The notes beneath the pieces were generated by a model. That model saw only the letters and a program-made list of their open reading frames with translations. It was not told where the DNA came from and did not search any database. 64,000 nt of DNA from the NCBI GenBank assembly GCA_039715015.1, contig JBDLIE010000004.1:1-64000 (forward strand), in the 5' to 3' direction. Made by a program: the position numbers and the translations under genes. The stretch's first letter is position 1; each line of letters opens with the position of its first letter. This document shows, in pieces, positions 40,547 to 51,763 of the stretch. Source of the stretch: Thermodesulfobacteriota bacterium. GTDB taxonomy: Bacteria > Desulfobacterota > Desulfobulbia > Desulfobulbales > SURF-16.

Positions 40547-40976
40547 TCGGTTGAAAATAGCTATTGGATGTGATCACGGTGGTTTTGAACTTAAAGAGGA
40601 AATTGTCGCCCTCCTGCAGGACATGGGCCATGAAGTGGAGAATTTAGGCACCAACTCTCCGGTTTCTGTTAACTACCCCGATTTTGCCGAGGCTGTCTGT
40701 GCGAAGATAACAGATGGAGGCTGCGAACGTGGCATCCTGATCTGTGGAACAGGAATAGGGATGTCCATGGCCGCTAATAGGCATCGAGAGATCCGGGCTG
40801 CACTCTGTCATGAGCTTTTTACGGCCCGGATGAGTCGTGAGCATAATGATGCCAATGTTCTGTGCTTAGGTGCACGCGTTGTTGGTCCCGGTCTCGCCCT
40901 TGAGATTGTCACCACCTGGGTGAACACCGAGTTTGGCGGCGGCCGCCATCTAAACAGAATTGAGATGTTCTCCTAG
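40536..40976 (+). CDS. rpiB: Ribose-5-phosphate isomerase B
   Basis: GCDHGG, CGTGIGMS, REHNDAN, FGGGRH; true start may be TTG 40551. Confidence 0.95.
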   Translation: MRADRLKIAIGCDHGGFELKEEIVALLQDMGHEVENLGTNSPVSVNYPDFAEAVCAKITDGGCERGILICGTGIGMSMAANRHREIRAALCHELFTARMSREHNDANVLCLGARVVGPGLALEIVTTWVNTEFGGGRHLNRIEMFS

Positions 40977-41112
40977 CGCTATTTTTCCTGCCAGCCGTTA
41001 GGTCTTAAACCTTAAGAATGTAAAAAAAGAGAAAAAGCAGAAAAAGAATTGCTGACAAGTACCACTAGGAATTCTCTGATCATGCCCTCTCATTACCCAT
41101 ACTCGTGCTTCC

Positions 41113-42372
41113 ATGTCTTCATTAAAAAAGAGTGACCCTGAAATTTTTAGAGCTGTCCGCTTTGAGCTTGAACGCCAGACCCATCAGTTAGAGCTAATTG
41201 CCTCGGAAAATATCGTTTCCACTGCTGTTCTTGAGGCTCAGGGTTCAATCTTTACCAATAAGTATGCTGAAGGCTATCCAAAGAAACGGTATTACGGCGG
41301 CTGTGAATACGCGGATGAGGTTGAGGCGCTTGCCATTGCCAGGGCTCGTGAGCTTTTCAATGCCCCTTATGCCAATGTTCAACCCCATTCTGGCAGCCAG
41401 GCCAATATGGCCGTGTATTTCGCCTGCCTCAAGCCTGGTGACAAGGTGCTGGGGATGGATTTGGCCCATGGCGGCCATCTAACCCATGGCGCTTCCGTGA
41501 GCTTTTCCGGTGAGCTTTATGATTTTGTCTCTTACGGCCTTAATAAGGAGACCGAACAGATTGATATGGCCGAGGTGGAACGCTTGGCTGAACAGGAAAG
41601 GCCTAAACTCATTGTTGCCGGAGCTTCTGCCTATCCTCGCGTCATTGATTTCGCTGGTTTTAGGGCCATTGCCGACAAGGTGGGAGCCCTCTTTATGGTA
41701 GATATGGCCCATATCGCTGGTCTTGTTGCCGCCGGTGTCCACCCAACACCTGTGGGCCACGCTCACTTTGTAACCACTACCACCCATAAGACCATGCGTG
41801 GTCCTCGCGGCGGCCTGATTCTGGCCGAGGAAGAGTTCGGCAAAAAACTTAATTCAAAAATTTTCCCTGGTATTCAAGGTGGCCCTCTGGTCCATGTCAT
41901 TGCCGCCAAGGCTGTGGCCTTCAAAGAGGCAATGACTGCTGAATTCAAGACCTACCAGAAACAGGTGGTGGCCAATACAAAGATGTTGGCCGAAAAACTG
42001 CAATCCTATGGATTTCGTCTGGTCTCTGGTGGTTCTGATAATCATCTTGTTTTGGTTGATATGAATAATAAGAATATCACCGGCAAGGATGCTGAAGAGG
42101 CCTTGGAGGCTGCAGGACTCACCGTTAATAAAAATGCCATTCCCTTTGATACCCAGAGCCGTTTTGTCACCGGTGGTATTCGTATTGGCACTCCGGCGGT
42201 CACCACCCGTGGCCTGAAAGAGGCGGAAATGGAAAAGATCGCCGACTGGATCAACCGGGCCATTGAGAATCGCCAGAACAAGGAGGAGCTTGGCCGTATC
42301 AGAGTTGAGGTGCGTATGCTCTGTGAAGAATTTCCTCTCTACCCTGAGCTTGCCCAAGAGTATGACGAATAA
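41113..42372 (+). CDS. glyA: Serine hydroxymethyltransferase
   Basis: [34 protein letters not shown]. Confidence 0.98.
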   Translation: MSSLKKSDPEIFRAVRFELERQTHQLELIASENIVSTAVLEAQGSIFTNKYAEGYPKKRYYGGCEYADEVEALAIARARELFNAPYANVQPHSGSQANMAVYFACLKPGDKVLGMDLAHGGHLTHGASVSFSGELYDFVSYGLNKETEQIDMAEVERLAEQERPKLIVAGASAYPRVIDFAGFRAIADKVGALFMVDMAHIAGLVAAGVHPTPVGHAHFVTTTTHKTMRGPRGGLILAEEEFGKKLNSKIFPGIQGGPLVHVIAAKAVAFKEAMTAEFKTYQKQVVANTKMLAEKLQSYGFRLVSGGSDNHLVLVDMNNKNITGKDAEEALEAAGLTVNKNAIPFDTQSRFVTGGIRIGTPAVTTRGLKEAEMEKIADWINRAIENRQNKEELGRIRVEVRMLCEEFPLYPELAQEYDE

Positions 42373-42853
42373 GAAGGTAGAACAAGAGCGGCCCTCCTGG
42401 CACGAATATTTTCTTTCCATCACCGGTCATGTTGCCGAGCGCTCCACCTGCACGCGGCGCAAGGTGGGGGCGATTATTGTCCGGGATAAGAGGATCATCG
42501 CCACAGGTTATAATGGGGTGCCGGCAGGCATCCGGCATTGTGATATGGTGGGATGTCTGCGTGATGAGTTGCAAGTGCCCTCGGGTGAACGCCATGAGCT
42601 TTGCCGGGGGCTCCATGCTGAGCAGAATGCCATTGTTCAGGCCTCTACCCACGGCGTCTCCATTGAAGGATCATCCCTGTACTGTACTAATATGCCCTGT
42701 TCCATCTGCAGCAAAATGCTGATCAACGCTAAGATTAAAACCATTTATTATGCGGAAGGCTACCCGGATGCCCTGGCTGATGAGATGTTGGCTGAGGCTG
42801 GGATAAAAGTGATTAAACTGGATTCGGAACGTGCGAGCAGCGAGGAAAAATAG
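42362..42853 (+). CDS. dCMP deaminase / ComEB family protein
   Basis: [26 protein letters not shown]. Confidence 0.9.
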   Translation: MTNKKVEQERPSWHEYFLSITGHVAERSTCTRRKVGAIIVRDKRIIATGYNGVPAGIRHCDMVGCLRDELQVPSGERHELCRGLHAEQNAIVQASTHGVSIEGSSLYCTNMPCSICSKMLINAKIKTIYYAEGYPDALADEMLAEAGIKVIKLDSERASSEEK

Positions 42854-43327
42854 ATGAAATGCCCATACTGCGGTCATCTGGAAAATAAGGTGGTTGATTC
42901 CCGGCTCAACAAAGAATACACCATTACCCGCCGGCGCCGGAAATGTGAGGACTGCGAACGTAGATTTACCACCTATGAGCGTTTGGAAGTCACCATGCCC
43001 ATGCTCATTAAAAAGGATGGTCGCCGGGAGGCATGGGAACGCAGTAAGGTGGTTGACGGACTTAAAAAGGCCTGTGAGAAAAGACCGGTTTCCATGAGCC
43101 AAATCGAAGAATTTGTTGATGCCCTGGAGCGTGATCTCCAGGATATGGGTGAACGGGAAATCCCTGTGAAGCTGGTTGGGGCCAGGATCATGGATGGTCT
43201 ACGCAAACTTGACGAAGTGGCTTACGTACGTTTTGCTTCTGTTTATCGTCAGTTTAAGGACCTTAACGAGTTTATGGATGAGCTGAAAGGTTTGCTCGGG
43301 GCCAAGGAAGATGAGGCCAGCGACTGA
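42854..43327 (+). CDS. nrdR: Transcriptional regulator NrdR
   Basis: MKCPYC, RRRRKC, RFTTYE, ATP cone, [10 protein letters not shown]. Confidence 0.97.
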   Translation: MKCPYCGHLENKVVDSRLNKEYTITRRRRKCEDCERRFTTYERLEVTMPMLIKKDGRREAWERSKVVDGLKKACEKRPVSMSQIEEFVDALERDLQDMGEREIPVKLVGARIMDGLRKLDEVAYVRFASVYRQFKDLNEFMDELKGLLGAKEDEASD

Positions 43328-44420
43328 TTTAGATCTGCCTTTTATGAAGCAGGCCCTTAAACTTGCCCGAAAGGCCATGGGCCGCACCTCGCCTAATCCT
43401 CTTGTCGGGGCGGTGGTGGTGAAAAACGGCAAGGTTATCGGCCAGGGCTATCACAGCAAGGCTGGCACTCCCCATGCAGAGGTTCATGCCTTGCAGGCAG
43501 CCGGTAAAAAGGCAAAAGGGGCGACCATTTATGTCACCCTTGAGCCTTGTAACCATACTGGTAAGACACCTCCCTGCACCAAAACTATTGTGGCGTCCGG
43601 TATTGCCAGGGTGGTGGTCGGTATGGTGGACCCAAATCCCTTAGTTGCCGGCAGCGGTTGCCGCTATCTTGAGAGCCAAGGGGTGGAGGTTGCCGGTGAA
43701 TTGCTGGCAGAGGAATGCCGGGCCATTAATCGGCCTTTTATCAAGCATATAACCACGGGGTTGCCCTGGGTTATTATGAAGGCCGGTTGCAGTCTTGATG
43801 GTCGCATTGCTGTGGCTGATGGCCGCTGCGCCTGGATAACAGGCGAGGAATCCCGCCGGGAGGTCCACCGCCTGCGAGATCGGGTTGATGCTATCTTGGT
43901 GGGAGTTGACACTGCCATTAACGATAATCCCTCCCTGACCACCCGCCTTTCTGGTCGGAGGGGGCATGATCCCCTGCGGATTGTTTTAGATAGTGCCTTG
44001 CGCATGTCGCCCCAGGCCGGGATGCTTAAGCAGGATTCAGCAGCGCCAACTTGGATTTTTTGCAGCGCCAAAGCAGATAAAGGCAGACGCCAGGCCTTGC
44101 AGGATGCCGGCGCCCGGGTCATGGAAGTGACTGAAAAGGCAGGCAGGCTTGATTTACATAAGGTCCTAGAAATTTTGGGCAAAAAAGGAGTGAACAGTCT
44201 CCTGGTTGAGGGTGGCAGTGCGGTCCACACTTCTTTTTTGAAAGAAGAATTGGTGGATCAGGTCAGCCTTTTCATGGCGCCACTTTTCCTTGGCAACGAG
44301 TCTATCCCGGTGGTGGGTGACTTGGCCGTATCAGAGGTCGGGGAAGGACGCCGTTTTCAGACCAGCCGGGTGAAACGTTTTGGTGCCGATGTCCTGGTTG
44401 AGGGCTTTTTTAGCCCCTAG
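43311..44420 (+). CDS. ribD: Riboflavin biosynthesis deaminase/reductase
   Basis: [27 protein letters not shown]. Confidence 0.96.
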   Translation: MRPATDLDLPFMKQALKLARKAMGRTSPNPLVGAVVVKNGKVIGQGYHSKAGTPHAEVHALQAAGKKAKGATIYVTLEPCNHTGKTPPCTKTIVASGIARVVVGMVDPNPLVAGSGCRYLESQGVEVAGELLAEECRAINRPFIKHITTGLPWVIMKAGCSLDGRIAVADGRCAWITGEESRREVHRLRDRVDAILVGVDTAINDNPSLTTRLSGRRGHDPLRIVLDSALRMSPQAGMLKQDSAAPTWIFCSAKADKGRRQALQDAGARVMEVTEKAGRLDLHKVLEILGKKGVNSLLVEGGSAVHTSFLKEELVDQVSLFMAPLFLGNESIPVVGDLAVSEVGEGRRFQTSRVKRFGADVLVEGFFSP

Positions 44421-44465
44421 AGATTTGAGAAAGATAGGACGCGACGTCCTGCAGGTAGGAAACGA

Positions 44466-45125
44466 ATGTTTACAGGAATTATTCAAGGCAAGGGTCGTCT
44501 CCTTGAGAAAAGACCCGGTGGTGGCGGCATGATCTTTGTGGTCGAGGCCGATTTTGACTTGCCTGATCCAGAAGAGGGCGAGTCCATTGCCTGTAACGGT
44601 GTTTGTCTTACTGCCAAAGAAATCAAGGGACGCCGCTTTGCAGTTGATGTTTCCCCTGAGAGTCTTTCCCGAACAAATTTAGGAGAAAAATCAACCGGCT
44701 CTTTACTTAACCTGGAACGTGCCTTACGGTTAAGCGATCGTTTGGGGGGACATATGGTCAGCGGCCATGTCGATGGCGTCTCACGTGTCCTTTCCAGAAA
44801 GCCTGAGGGTGACTTTGTCCGCTTTGTGTTTGAGATCCCCAAAGGGTGTGGCCGTTATATCATAGAGAAGGGCTCCATCACCATTGATGGCATCAGTCTG
44901 ACGGTGAATGGCTGTGATGCCTCCACCTTTAATGTTGCTATTATTCCCCACACCCTGGAGGTAACCAGTCTGGGGGCGCTTAATCAGGGGGCAGAGGTCA
45001 ATATCGAGGTTGATCTCATTGGTAAGTATGTTGAAAAATTACTCTCTGCTAAAAGTGAGGAAGGGAGAAGTGCCGGATCCGGCATTAACCCGGCTTTTTT
45101 GGCGGAAAATGGTTTTTTGAAATAA
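44466..45125 (+). CDS. ribE: Riboflavin synthase
   Basis: MFTGII, NGVCLT, GGHMVSGHVD, DGISLT. Confidence 0.96.
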   Translation: MFTGIIQGKGRLLEKRPGGGGMIFVVEADFDLPDPEEGESIACNGVCLTAKEIKGRRFAVDVSPESLSRTNLGEKSTGSLLNLERALRLSDRLGGHMVSGHVDGVSRVLSRKPEGDFVRFVFEIPKGCGRYIIEKGSITIDGISLTVNGCDASTFNVAIIPHTLEVTSLGALNQGAEVNIEVDLIGKYVEKLLSAKSEEGRSAGSGINPAFLAENGFLK

Positions 45126-45174
45126 TAATATGAACACCGGATAACGGTGTCCGCAAAATAAATAGGTAAGTTGT

Positions 45175-46383
45175 ATGGCTGTAAGTTCCATCGAAGAAGC
45201 TATTGAAGATATTAGGGCCGGGAAAATGATCATCCTGGTTGATGATGAAGACCGGGAGAATGAAGGGGACCTTTTTATGGCCGCCCAGATGACCACCCCG
45301 GATGCCGTCAATTTTATGGCAACCCATGGCCGCGGTCTCATCTGCCTGACTCTCACCCCGGAGCATCTGGAGAGTTTACAGATCCCGATGATGGTGCGTG
45401 ATAACACCTCGCCCTTTGAAACGGCTTTTACTGTTTCTATTGAGGCCAGAACAGGCGTAACCACTGGTATTTCCGCCGCAGACCGGGCTCGGACTATCCA
45501 GGTAGCTGTTGCCCAGGATGTTAAACCTTCTGACCTGGTCAGCCCCGGCCATATCTTTCCTCTCCGGGCCCGGCGGGGCGGGGTGCTGGTGCGTACCGGC
45601 CAGACCGAAGGCTCTGTAGATCTCTGCCGCCTGGCTGGACTTACTCCTGCCGGGGTCATCTGTGAGATTATGAAGGAAGACGGTACCATGGCCCGCATGC
45701 CTGATCTTGAGGTCTTTGCCAAGGAGCATGATCTGAAGATTGTCACCATCGCAGATCTTATTGCCTACCGAATGCAGAAGGACACTCTGGTCCATCGCGC
45801 TGCCGAGACCAAGATGCCCACCCGGTTTGGTGGTGAGTTTAAGGCTGTGGTTTATACCAACGACGTTGATAGTTTTGAGCATATTGCCCTTGTTAAGGGT
45901 GATATCTCTGAGGATGAGCCTGTTTTGGTCCGCGTCCATTCCGAGTGCTTGACTGGTGATGCCTTTGGCTCCATGCGCTGTGACTGCGGAAGCCAGCTCC
46001 ATGCTGCCATGCAGATGGTGGGCCGGGAAGGCACGGGTATCATTCTCTATATGCACCAGGAAGGCCGCGGCATTGGTCTTGTCAATAAGATCAAGGCCTA
46101 TGCCCTTCAGGATGACGGCATGGATACGGTGGAGGCCAACCTTGAGCTTGGTTTCAAGGCCGATCTGCGTGATTATGGCATCGGCGCCCAGATCCTCCGT
46201 GACCTCGGGGTGCGCAAGATGAAGATCATGACAAATAATCCCAAAAAGATTGTTGGCCTTGAAGGGTACGGTATCGAGGTTGTTGATCGGGTGGCTATCG
46301 AGTCTGATCCCGTTCCCGAGAATTTAGGCTATCTGCAGTGTAAACGTGATAAAATGGGACACCTGCTGGAGTTTGACGACTAG
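45175..46383 (+). CDS. ribBA: DHBP synthase / GTP cyclohydrolase II
   Basis: DDEDRENEGD, RVHSECLTGD, CDCG, QEGRGIGL. Confidence 0.97.
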   Translation: MAVSSIEEAIEDIRAGKMIILVDDEDRENEGDLFMAAQMTTPDAVNFMATHGRGLICLTLTPEHLESLQIPMMVRDNTSPFETAFTVSIEARTGVTTGISAADRARTIQVAVAQDVKPSDLVSPGHIFPLRARRGGVLVRTGQTEGSVDLCRLAGLTPAGVICEIMKEDGTMARMPDLEVFAKEHDLKIVTIADLIAYRMQKDTLVHRAAETKMPTRFGGEFKAVVYTNDVDSFEHIALVKGDISEDEPVLVRVHSECLTGDAFGSMRCDCGSQLHAAMQMVGREGTGIILYMHQEGRGIGLVNKIKAYALQDDGMDTVEANLELGFKADLRDYGIGAQILRDLGVRKMKIMTNNPKKIVGLEGYGIEVVDRVAIESDPVPENLGYLQCKRDKMGHLLEFDD

Positions 46384-46578
46384 CTAGCCCCTTGAATTTG
46401 CAATAATCCACCGCCAGCAAATACAGAAGTCTATGAATATAGGCACAGAAGCCACTAAATTAAAACAATCAGAATTCCGTGCCTATAAGAAAAGAGTACG
46501 AGTTCACCAGGCGCTATTTTTTCAGGAAAAGCCCGAACTGTAAGAAATTATTGATTAATCCCTCTCAGGAGAGAAGTA

Positions 46579-47043
46579 ATGGCAAAATATATTGAAGGAA
46601 ATTTAAGCGCTGGCGGAAAAAAGTTCGGCATCATTGTCGCTCGTTTTAATAGTTTTATTGGCGAACGTCTCCTGGAAGGGGCTATGGATTCCCTGGTTCG
46701 CTCCGGTGCCAGTGACGATGATATTGAGGTTCTCCGTGTCCCTGGCGCCTACGAGATCCCCCTTGTTGCCCAGAAGATGGCAAAGTCGGGGCGCTATGAC
46801 GCGGTGATCTGCCTTGGCGCCGTTATCCGCGGGGCAACGCCACATTTTGATTTTGTTGCCAATGAGGCAGCCAAGGGTATCGCCATGGCAAGCATGGAGG
46901 CGGATCTTCCCATCATTTTTGGTATCCTCACCACAGATACCATTGAGCAAGCTATTGAGCGGGCCGGAACCAAGGCTGGTAATAAAGGTGCAGACTGCGC
47001 AATGACGGCCATTGAAATGGTCAACCTCCTTGCCCAGTTTTAA
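46579..47043 (+). CDS. ribH: Lumazine synthase
   Basis: [29 protein letters not shown]. Confidence 0.97.
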   Translation: MAKYIEGNLSAGGKKFGIIVARFNSFIGERLLEGAMDSLVRSGASDDDIEVLRVPGAYEIPLVAQKMAKSGRYDAVICLGAVIRGATPHFDFVANEAAKGIAMASMEADLPIIFGILTTDTIEQAIERAGTKAGNKGADCAMTAIEMVNLLAQF

Positions 47044-47127
47044 GATTCTTATTTTAGGGAACATTCGAAGGGCGCGTCGATTTTACGATTGGCGGGTCCT
47101 TTCTGTTTTTTGTGGCCATTGAAAAAT

Positions 47128-47541
47128 ATGAAAGGATTACGTAATAAAGCCCGGGAGCTTGCCCTGCAATGTCTCTACCAGATTGACCAGAGCGGCAATC
47201 CGGATGCCGATATTGAGCTCATCCGCCAAAATTTTCAGGCCACCAAGAAGGCCGTTGATTATGGTAACGAGCTGGTCAGCGGCGTCAAGAGTAACCTTGA
47301 TGAAATTGACGCCCTCATCAAGGTCCATGCCGACAACTGGAAGGTCAGCAGAATGGCGGTTGTCGACCGCAATATTCTGCGGATCGCCTTTTATGAAATG
47401 CTTCATTGCTCAGATGTGCCGGACGCCGTAGCGGTCAATGAGGCAGTTGAAATTGCCAAACGTTTCAGCACCGATGAAGCACCGGCCTTTATTAACGGTA
47501 TCTTGGACGCCTTTTGTAAGACCAGGCCCGGTGATAAATAA
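47128..47541 (+). CDS. nusB: Transcription antitermination factor NusB
   Basis: RNKARELALQCLY, DRNILR, NEAVEIAK, FINGILD. Confidence 0.95.
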   Translation: MKGLRNKARELALQCLYQIDQSGNPDADIELIRQNFQATKKAVDYGNELVSGVKSNLDEIDALIKVHADNWKVSRMAVVDRNILRIAFYEMLHCSDVPDAVAVNEAVEIAKRFSTDEAPAFINGILDAFCKTRPGDK

Positions 47542-47613
47542 GCGGAGTAAAAAGATTCATACTGTCCCCGCCCTGTTTTTTCACCACCCCAAAAAATAAC
47601 AAGAAGAGGATGA

Positions 47614-49788
47614 ATGGCAACTCGCGACGCACAGGAAAATCTTGGTAGTGAATTTCGGCCCCACTTTGGCTTGGAGGTCATTGCTGTCCTCGGCCTTGTT
47701 GTTTCTCTTTTTTTTCTCCTTTCTCTGGTCAGCTTTTCTGTGCCCGGTAGCGCCAATGAAATCGCTAACTGGGGCGGTGCTGTGGGCCAGCTTTTGGCCA
47801 CGGCCCTCATGAGTTTTCTCGGTTTTTCTTCGTTTTGGATACCCTTTCTTCTTATTCTCCTCTCCCTGTCACTCTTTGTACCTGATGCCATAGTTAAACG
47901 GCTCCCCTATATCTGCTTGGGGTGCACAGGTCTCATGGTGGCAAGCTCTACAATGCTTGCGGCCATCGGTCTCCAGGAGATATCGTTGCTTGACCGGGTC
48001 TATCCCCTCGGCGGCTATCTGGGCAATAAGGTCTATGGCCTGACAGCCGCCTATTTCGGCGGGCCGGGCGCGGTGCTTTTTTCCTCTGCTGTTTTTTTTC
48101 TCTCCTTCATGCTGCTTTTGCGTTTTTCTCCCTATCTTGTTTCCAAATGGATTGTTTCGAGCATTAAGGGGATCTGGATCTTTTGGCAGGCCAGGAGAAT
48201 GGATCATGATGTTGAACAAAGCATGCTTGTTGCTGAGGAGAAACCAAAAGCCAAGAAGGCCAGAGCCCGTAAGAAAAAAGAAGTGTCCCCAGATGGGCCT
48301 CGTATCTTGCCTGCTGTGAAAGAACCAATCCGTCTAAGCGTACAGGACGATGATAAGGAATTTGAACCAGTGGTTGTTGAGCCGGGCGAATACCAATTGC
48401 CAACCCTGACTTTACTCGACAAGCCGGTCGTTGACGAAATTGTTGTTGAAAAGGAGCATTACCTCTCGGTGAGCATGCTCCTTGAGGCCAAGCTCGATGA
48501 GTTTGGGGTGCGGGGTAAGGTAACCGGTATTTCCCCTGGGCCGGTGATTACCACCTATGAGTTTGAACCAGCTGCCGGTGTTAAGATAAACAAGGTTGTT
48601 TCCCTGGCCGATGATCTGGCCTTGGTCTTAAAAGCAGAGAGTGTGCGGGTGGTGGGATCCATTCCCGGTAAGGCCGCAATTGGCATTGAAATTCCCAACC
48701 CCAGCCGGCAGATCGTCTTTGTTCGTGACCTCATGGCCACCCCTAAGTTCCAGCAGGCCCACTCCATGCTTACTCTGGGTCTTGGCATGGATGTTGTCGG
48801 GAACCCGGTTACTGCTGATCTTGCCAAGATGCCCCATCTGCTTATCGCTGGTGCCACCGGTGCCGGTAAAAGTGTGGCCATTAACACCATTATCTGTTCC
48901 ATCCTCATGCGGGCCACCCCTGAAGAGGTGCGCCTGCTCATGGTTGACCCAAAGAGGATCGAGCTTTCAACCTATGAAGGTATACCCCACCTCCTTCATC
49001 CTGTGGTGGTGGACCCGAAGATGGCAAGCAGGGCCTTGCAATGGGCTGTTAAAGAGATGGAGCGCCGCTATTCTCTTATGGAGGAGGAGCGGGTCAAAAG
49101 CTTTGTCTCCTATAATGAAAGCGCAGAAGAAAAGCTGCCGCTCATTGTTATCATTATTGATGAGCTGGCTGACCTGATGATGGTCTCCTCCAAAGATGTT
49201 GAGGGCTCTGTGGCGCGTCTGGCTCAAATGGCCAGGGCTGCCGGAATGCATCTCATCCTTGCCACCCAGCGACCCTCTGTTGATGTTCTAACCGGCCTGA
49301 TTAAAGCTAATTTCCCCACCAGGATGTCCTTTAAGGTTTCCTCCAAGATCGATTCCCGCACCATCTTAGATACCTCAGGGGCCGAACATCTCCTCGGTGC
49401 TGGTGATATGCTCTTTCTGCCCCCCGGGACCGCACGCTTGCAGCGCATCCATGGGGCTTACATCTCAGAAAAAGAAACGGAACGTATTGTTGAATTCCTA
49501 AAGAGTCAAGGAACGGTCTCATATGATGAGGAGATCATTAAATCCGTTGAGGATGAGCCCGGTATCGCCGGTCTTGACGGTGAGGAATATGACGAGAAGT
49601 ATGATGAGGCCGTGTCCATAGTCTGCGAGACCGGCCAGGCCTCTATCTCGGCTGTTCAGCGGCGGCTGCGTATCGGCTATAATAGGGCGGCCCGGATCAT
49701 TGAAACCATGGAACGTGAAGGCATTGTCGGTCCGGCCGACGGCGCCAAGCCTCGAGAGGTCCTGGCCCGGCGCAGCTATGACGAGTAG
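47614..49788 (+). CDS. ftsK: DNA translocase FtsK
   Basis: N-terminal TM region, PHLLIAGATGAGKS, DELADLM, ATQRPSVDV, gamma domain QRRLRIGYNRAAR. Confidence 0.97.
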   Translation: MATRDAQENLGSEFRPHFGLEVIAVLGLVVSLFFLLSLVSFSVPGSANEIANWGGAVGQLLATALMSFLGFSSFWIPFLLILLSLSLFVPDAIVKRLPYICLGCTGLMVASSTMLAAIGLQEISLLDRVYPLGGYLGNKVYGLTAAYFGGPGAVLFSSAVFFLSFMLLLRFSPYLVSKWIVSSIKGIWIFWQARRMDHDVEQSMLVAEEKPKAKKARARKKKEVSPDGPRILPAVKEPIRLSVQDDDKEFEPVVVEPGEYQLPTLTLLDKPVVDEIVVEKEHYLSVSMLLEAKLDEFGVRGKVTGISPGPVITTYEFEPAAGVKINKVVSLADDLALVLKAESVRVVGSIPGKAAIGIEIPNPSRQIVFVRDLMATPKFQQAHSMLTLGLGMDVVGNPVTADLAKMPHLLIAGATGAGKSVAINTIICSILMRATPEEVRLLMVDPKRIELSTYEGIPHLLHPVVVDPKMASRALQWAVKEMERRYSLMEEERVKSFVSYNESAEEKLPLIVIIIDELADLMMVSSKDVEGSVARLAQMARAAGMHLILATQRPSVDVLTGLIKANFPTRMSFKVSSKIDSRTILDTSGAEHLLGAGDMLFLPPGTARLQRIHGAYISEKETERIVEFLKSQGTVSYDEEIIKSVEDEPGIAGLDGEEYDEKYDEAVSIVCETGQASISAVQRRLRIGYNRAARIIETMEREGIVGPADGAKPREVLARRSYDE

Positions 49789-49939
49789 CCAGCCCGAATG
49801 TTCGAGTCCAATCGCCTTTAACAAAAAACTTTCTTGAGGCCGTGACAGTTCTGTAATAATTATGCTTTGCTTTTGTTCTGGGAAAATTTGCAAGATTAAG
49901 CTTGTGAACTTTGACTTGCTATCTGCCTTGCCATGATCA

Positions 49940-50405
49940 ATCGCCTCATGCTCCCCTTATAAAAAATTCCAGATGGCCCGCTACTGCTACTATGGCTGGT
50001 ACTCGAACCGCATGCGAGGAGACAGGAATAAAGCGACACTGCTAGCCGAAGCAGACAGAAGAGGGGAGAAGCGGGCTTGAAGTGATTGATGCCTCTGGCT
50101 ACAAACCGCACCGTATCCCATCTCCTAACTGGCGGGAATGTATCAAAAAGATATGGGAGGTGGATCCTCTTGAGTGCCCAGACTGCCAGGCAGAAATGAA
50201 GATTGTCAGCTTTATCACCGACAACAGGGTGATTCGGAAAATTTTGACTTATTTGTACCTATGGCGAGAGCAGCCTTCCCGCAGACCGCCTGCCAGGGCC
50301 GGGCCGGAATGTAACTTTCAGCTATTATTCAAGGAGACAGCGTACAACGAGCTTAATGATGAAGGCTGGCCAGGACATGATGAGCCGTATACCACCTATG
50401 ATTGA
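49940..50405 (+). pseudogene. IS91-family transposase C-terminal remnant (frameshifted)
   Basis: FQMARYCYYGWYSNRMRG from 49967 ends in a stop; another frame continues WRECIKKIWEVDPLECPDCQAEMKIVSFI. Confidence 0.75.
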
Positions 50406-50701
50406 GGCCGGGATAAGGCGGTATGGTGAAGTCTATGCCTGCCTTTCCATGATGAATATACTTTAGAAGCAGCCTGTTGCTCATTGCGGAGTGAAAAGAT
50501 CCAGCCAACAACATGCAGCTAATGGCAGTGTTGCATGATATAGGGTTTAAATACATATACTGTATGAACAGGGTGCACTTGCCAAAGTGAATAAAGAGTC
50601 CCGAAACAGCCAGGGTGGGCGGACGAAGTACTGGTTTTCTCTCCCCCTCCCCCTTGCTTGCCACCCGCTGAAAAGCGATTTCTTATCACCTCACCTATCA
50701 C

Positions 50702-51505
50702 CTATTCACGAACCAGTGATGCGTAGACCCAGCCTTTGGTGCCATCCGAGGTCTTAATCCGATACCAAGCGCCTTTTTTATCCACGATCTTCAGCTTATC
50801 GCCCTGTCTGGCAGTTGCGACAACAGCTGAGCTGGTTGAGTTTGAGGCCCTGATGTTTGCCGTCGGTCGCGCCACTGTGACTGTTTTGGTGCCGATGTTT
50901 GTCAGACCACCCTGCAGGGATGGCGCCAATGCACTCCCCATGACGACGAGAAGTCCTACGATGAGTAGGGAACGATAGAGTTCGACAGTGACGAATCGTT
51001 TTACTCCGACCCTGTTGAGCACCGAATAGGCAACGACACCGCCAGCGATGCTCACCAACCAGAAGAGAAGGGGCGTCCCCATGACACGCAGGGTTATGAC
51101 GGCCACGAAAAAAAGAAACAATGACGGCACGAGAATCTTCATATCTTCCTTCATCTGCGGTTCTGAGAAGAAGGATGTGATACTGGCCCAAAACGATAAA
51201 GCCCCGGACTCATGTGCACGCCGCGCCATGTGCGCCGTGTGCAGTTCATTCAGTTTCTTGTCGATCTCTTGGAGCTGGCTCAACGCCTGCCGGGCCTGTT
51301 CCGTGTGTTCACTGATATCGCTGGTGCAATGGGGGCACTTGTTTGCATTGACGTGCACCAGGGTGGCACAGGCCGGGCAGGGAGTTTTGTCCTGCTTTCT
51401 TATGTTGGCCTTCTTATACGCCAGCAGACGGTTTGCCTCCTCCTGGAGGGCCGCGTACTGATTGTCTGCCTCTTTTTGACCTTGATCTTGATCCAGGGTA
51501 CTCAT
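50702..51505 (-). CDS. Zinc-ribbon / membrane / SH3b-domain protein
   Basis: CPAC..CPHC, coiled coil, ~3 TM segments, C-terminal ANIRAS...GAWYRIK..GTKGWV. Confidence 0.8.
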   Translation of the reverse strand: MSTLDQDQGQKEADNQYAALQEEANRLLAYKKANIRKQDKTPCPACATLVHVNANKCPHCTSDISEHTEQARQALSQLQEIDKKLNELHTAHMARRAHESGALSFWASITSFFSEPQMKEDMKILVPSLFLFFVAVITLRVMGTPLLFWLVSIAGGVVAYSVLNRVGVKRFVTVELYRSLLIVGLLVVMGSALAPSLQGGLTNIGTKTVTVARPTANIRASNSTSSAVVATARQGDKLKIVDKKGAWYRIKTSDGTKGWVYASLVRE

Positions 51506-51763
51506 GGGTTTTCTTCACCTCTGTACTTGGCGGCGCCTATAGCCGCGTATGTGTTGGAAACATCCCTTGCAGGACGGCTGCACCGCTTTTTAACTGATAG
51601 CCAACAAAAGCGTTTGATAGGCAAAGGGTCTGGCTATTTCGTTGATACCTAAGCTATAAATTTTACTAAACTCTAACCTTAAGTTATTTTATTAACATCT
51701 CACAAAAAACAATATCATACATCACATCACCACCGCCTGCTACAAAATTCAAAGGGGTTGTTC

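Noticed and set aside
46384..46578. FMN riboswitch or ncRNA in the rib cluster
   Set aside because: No recognisable RFN conserved motifs, and the position is mid-operon.
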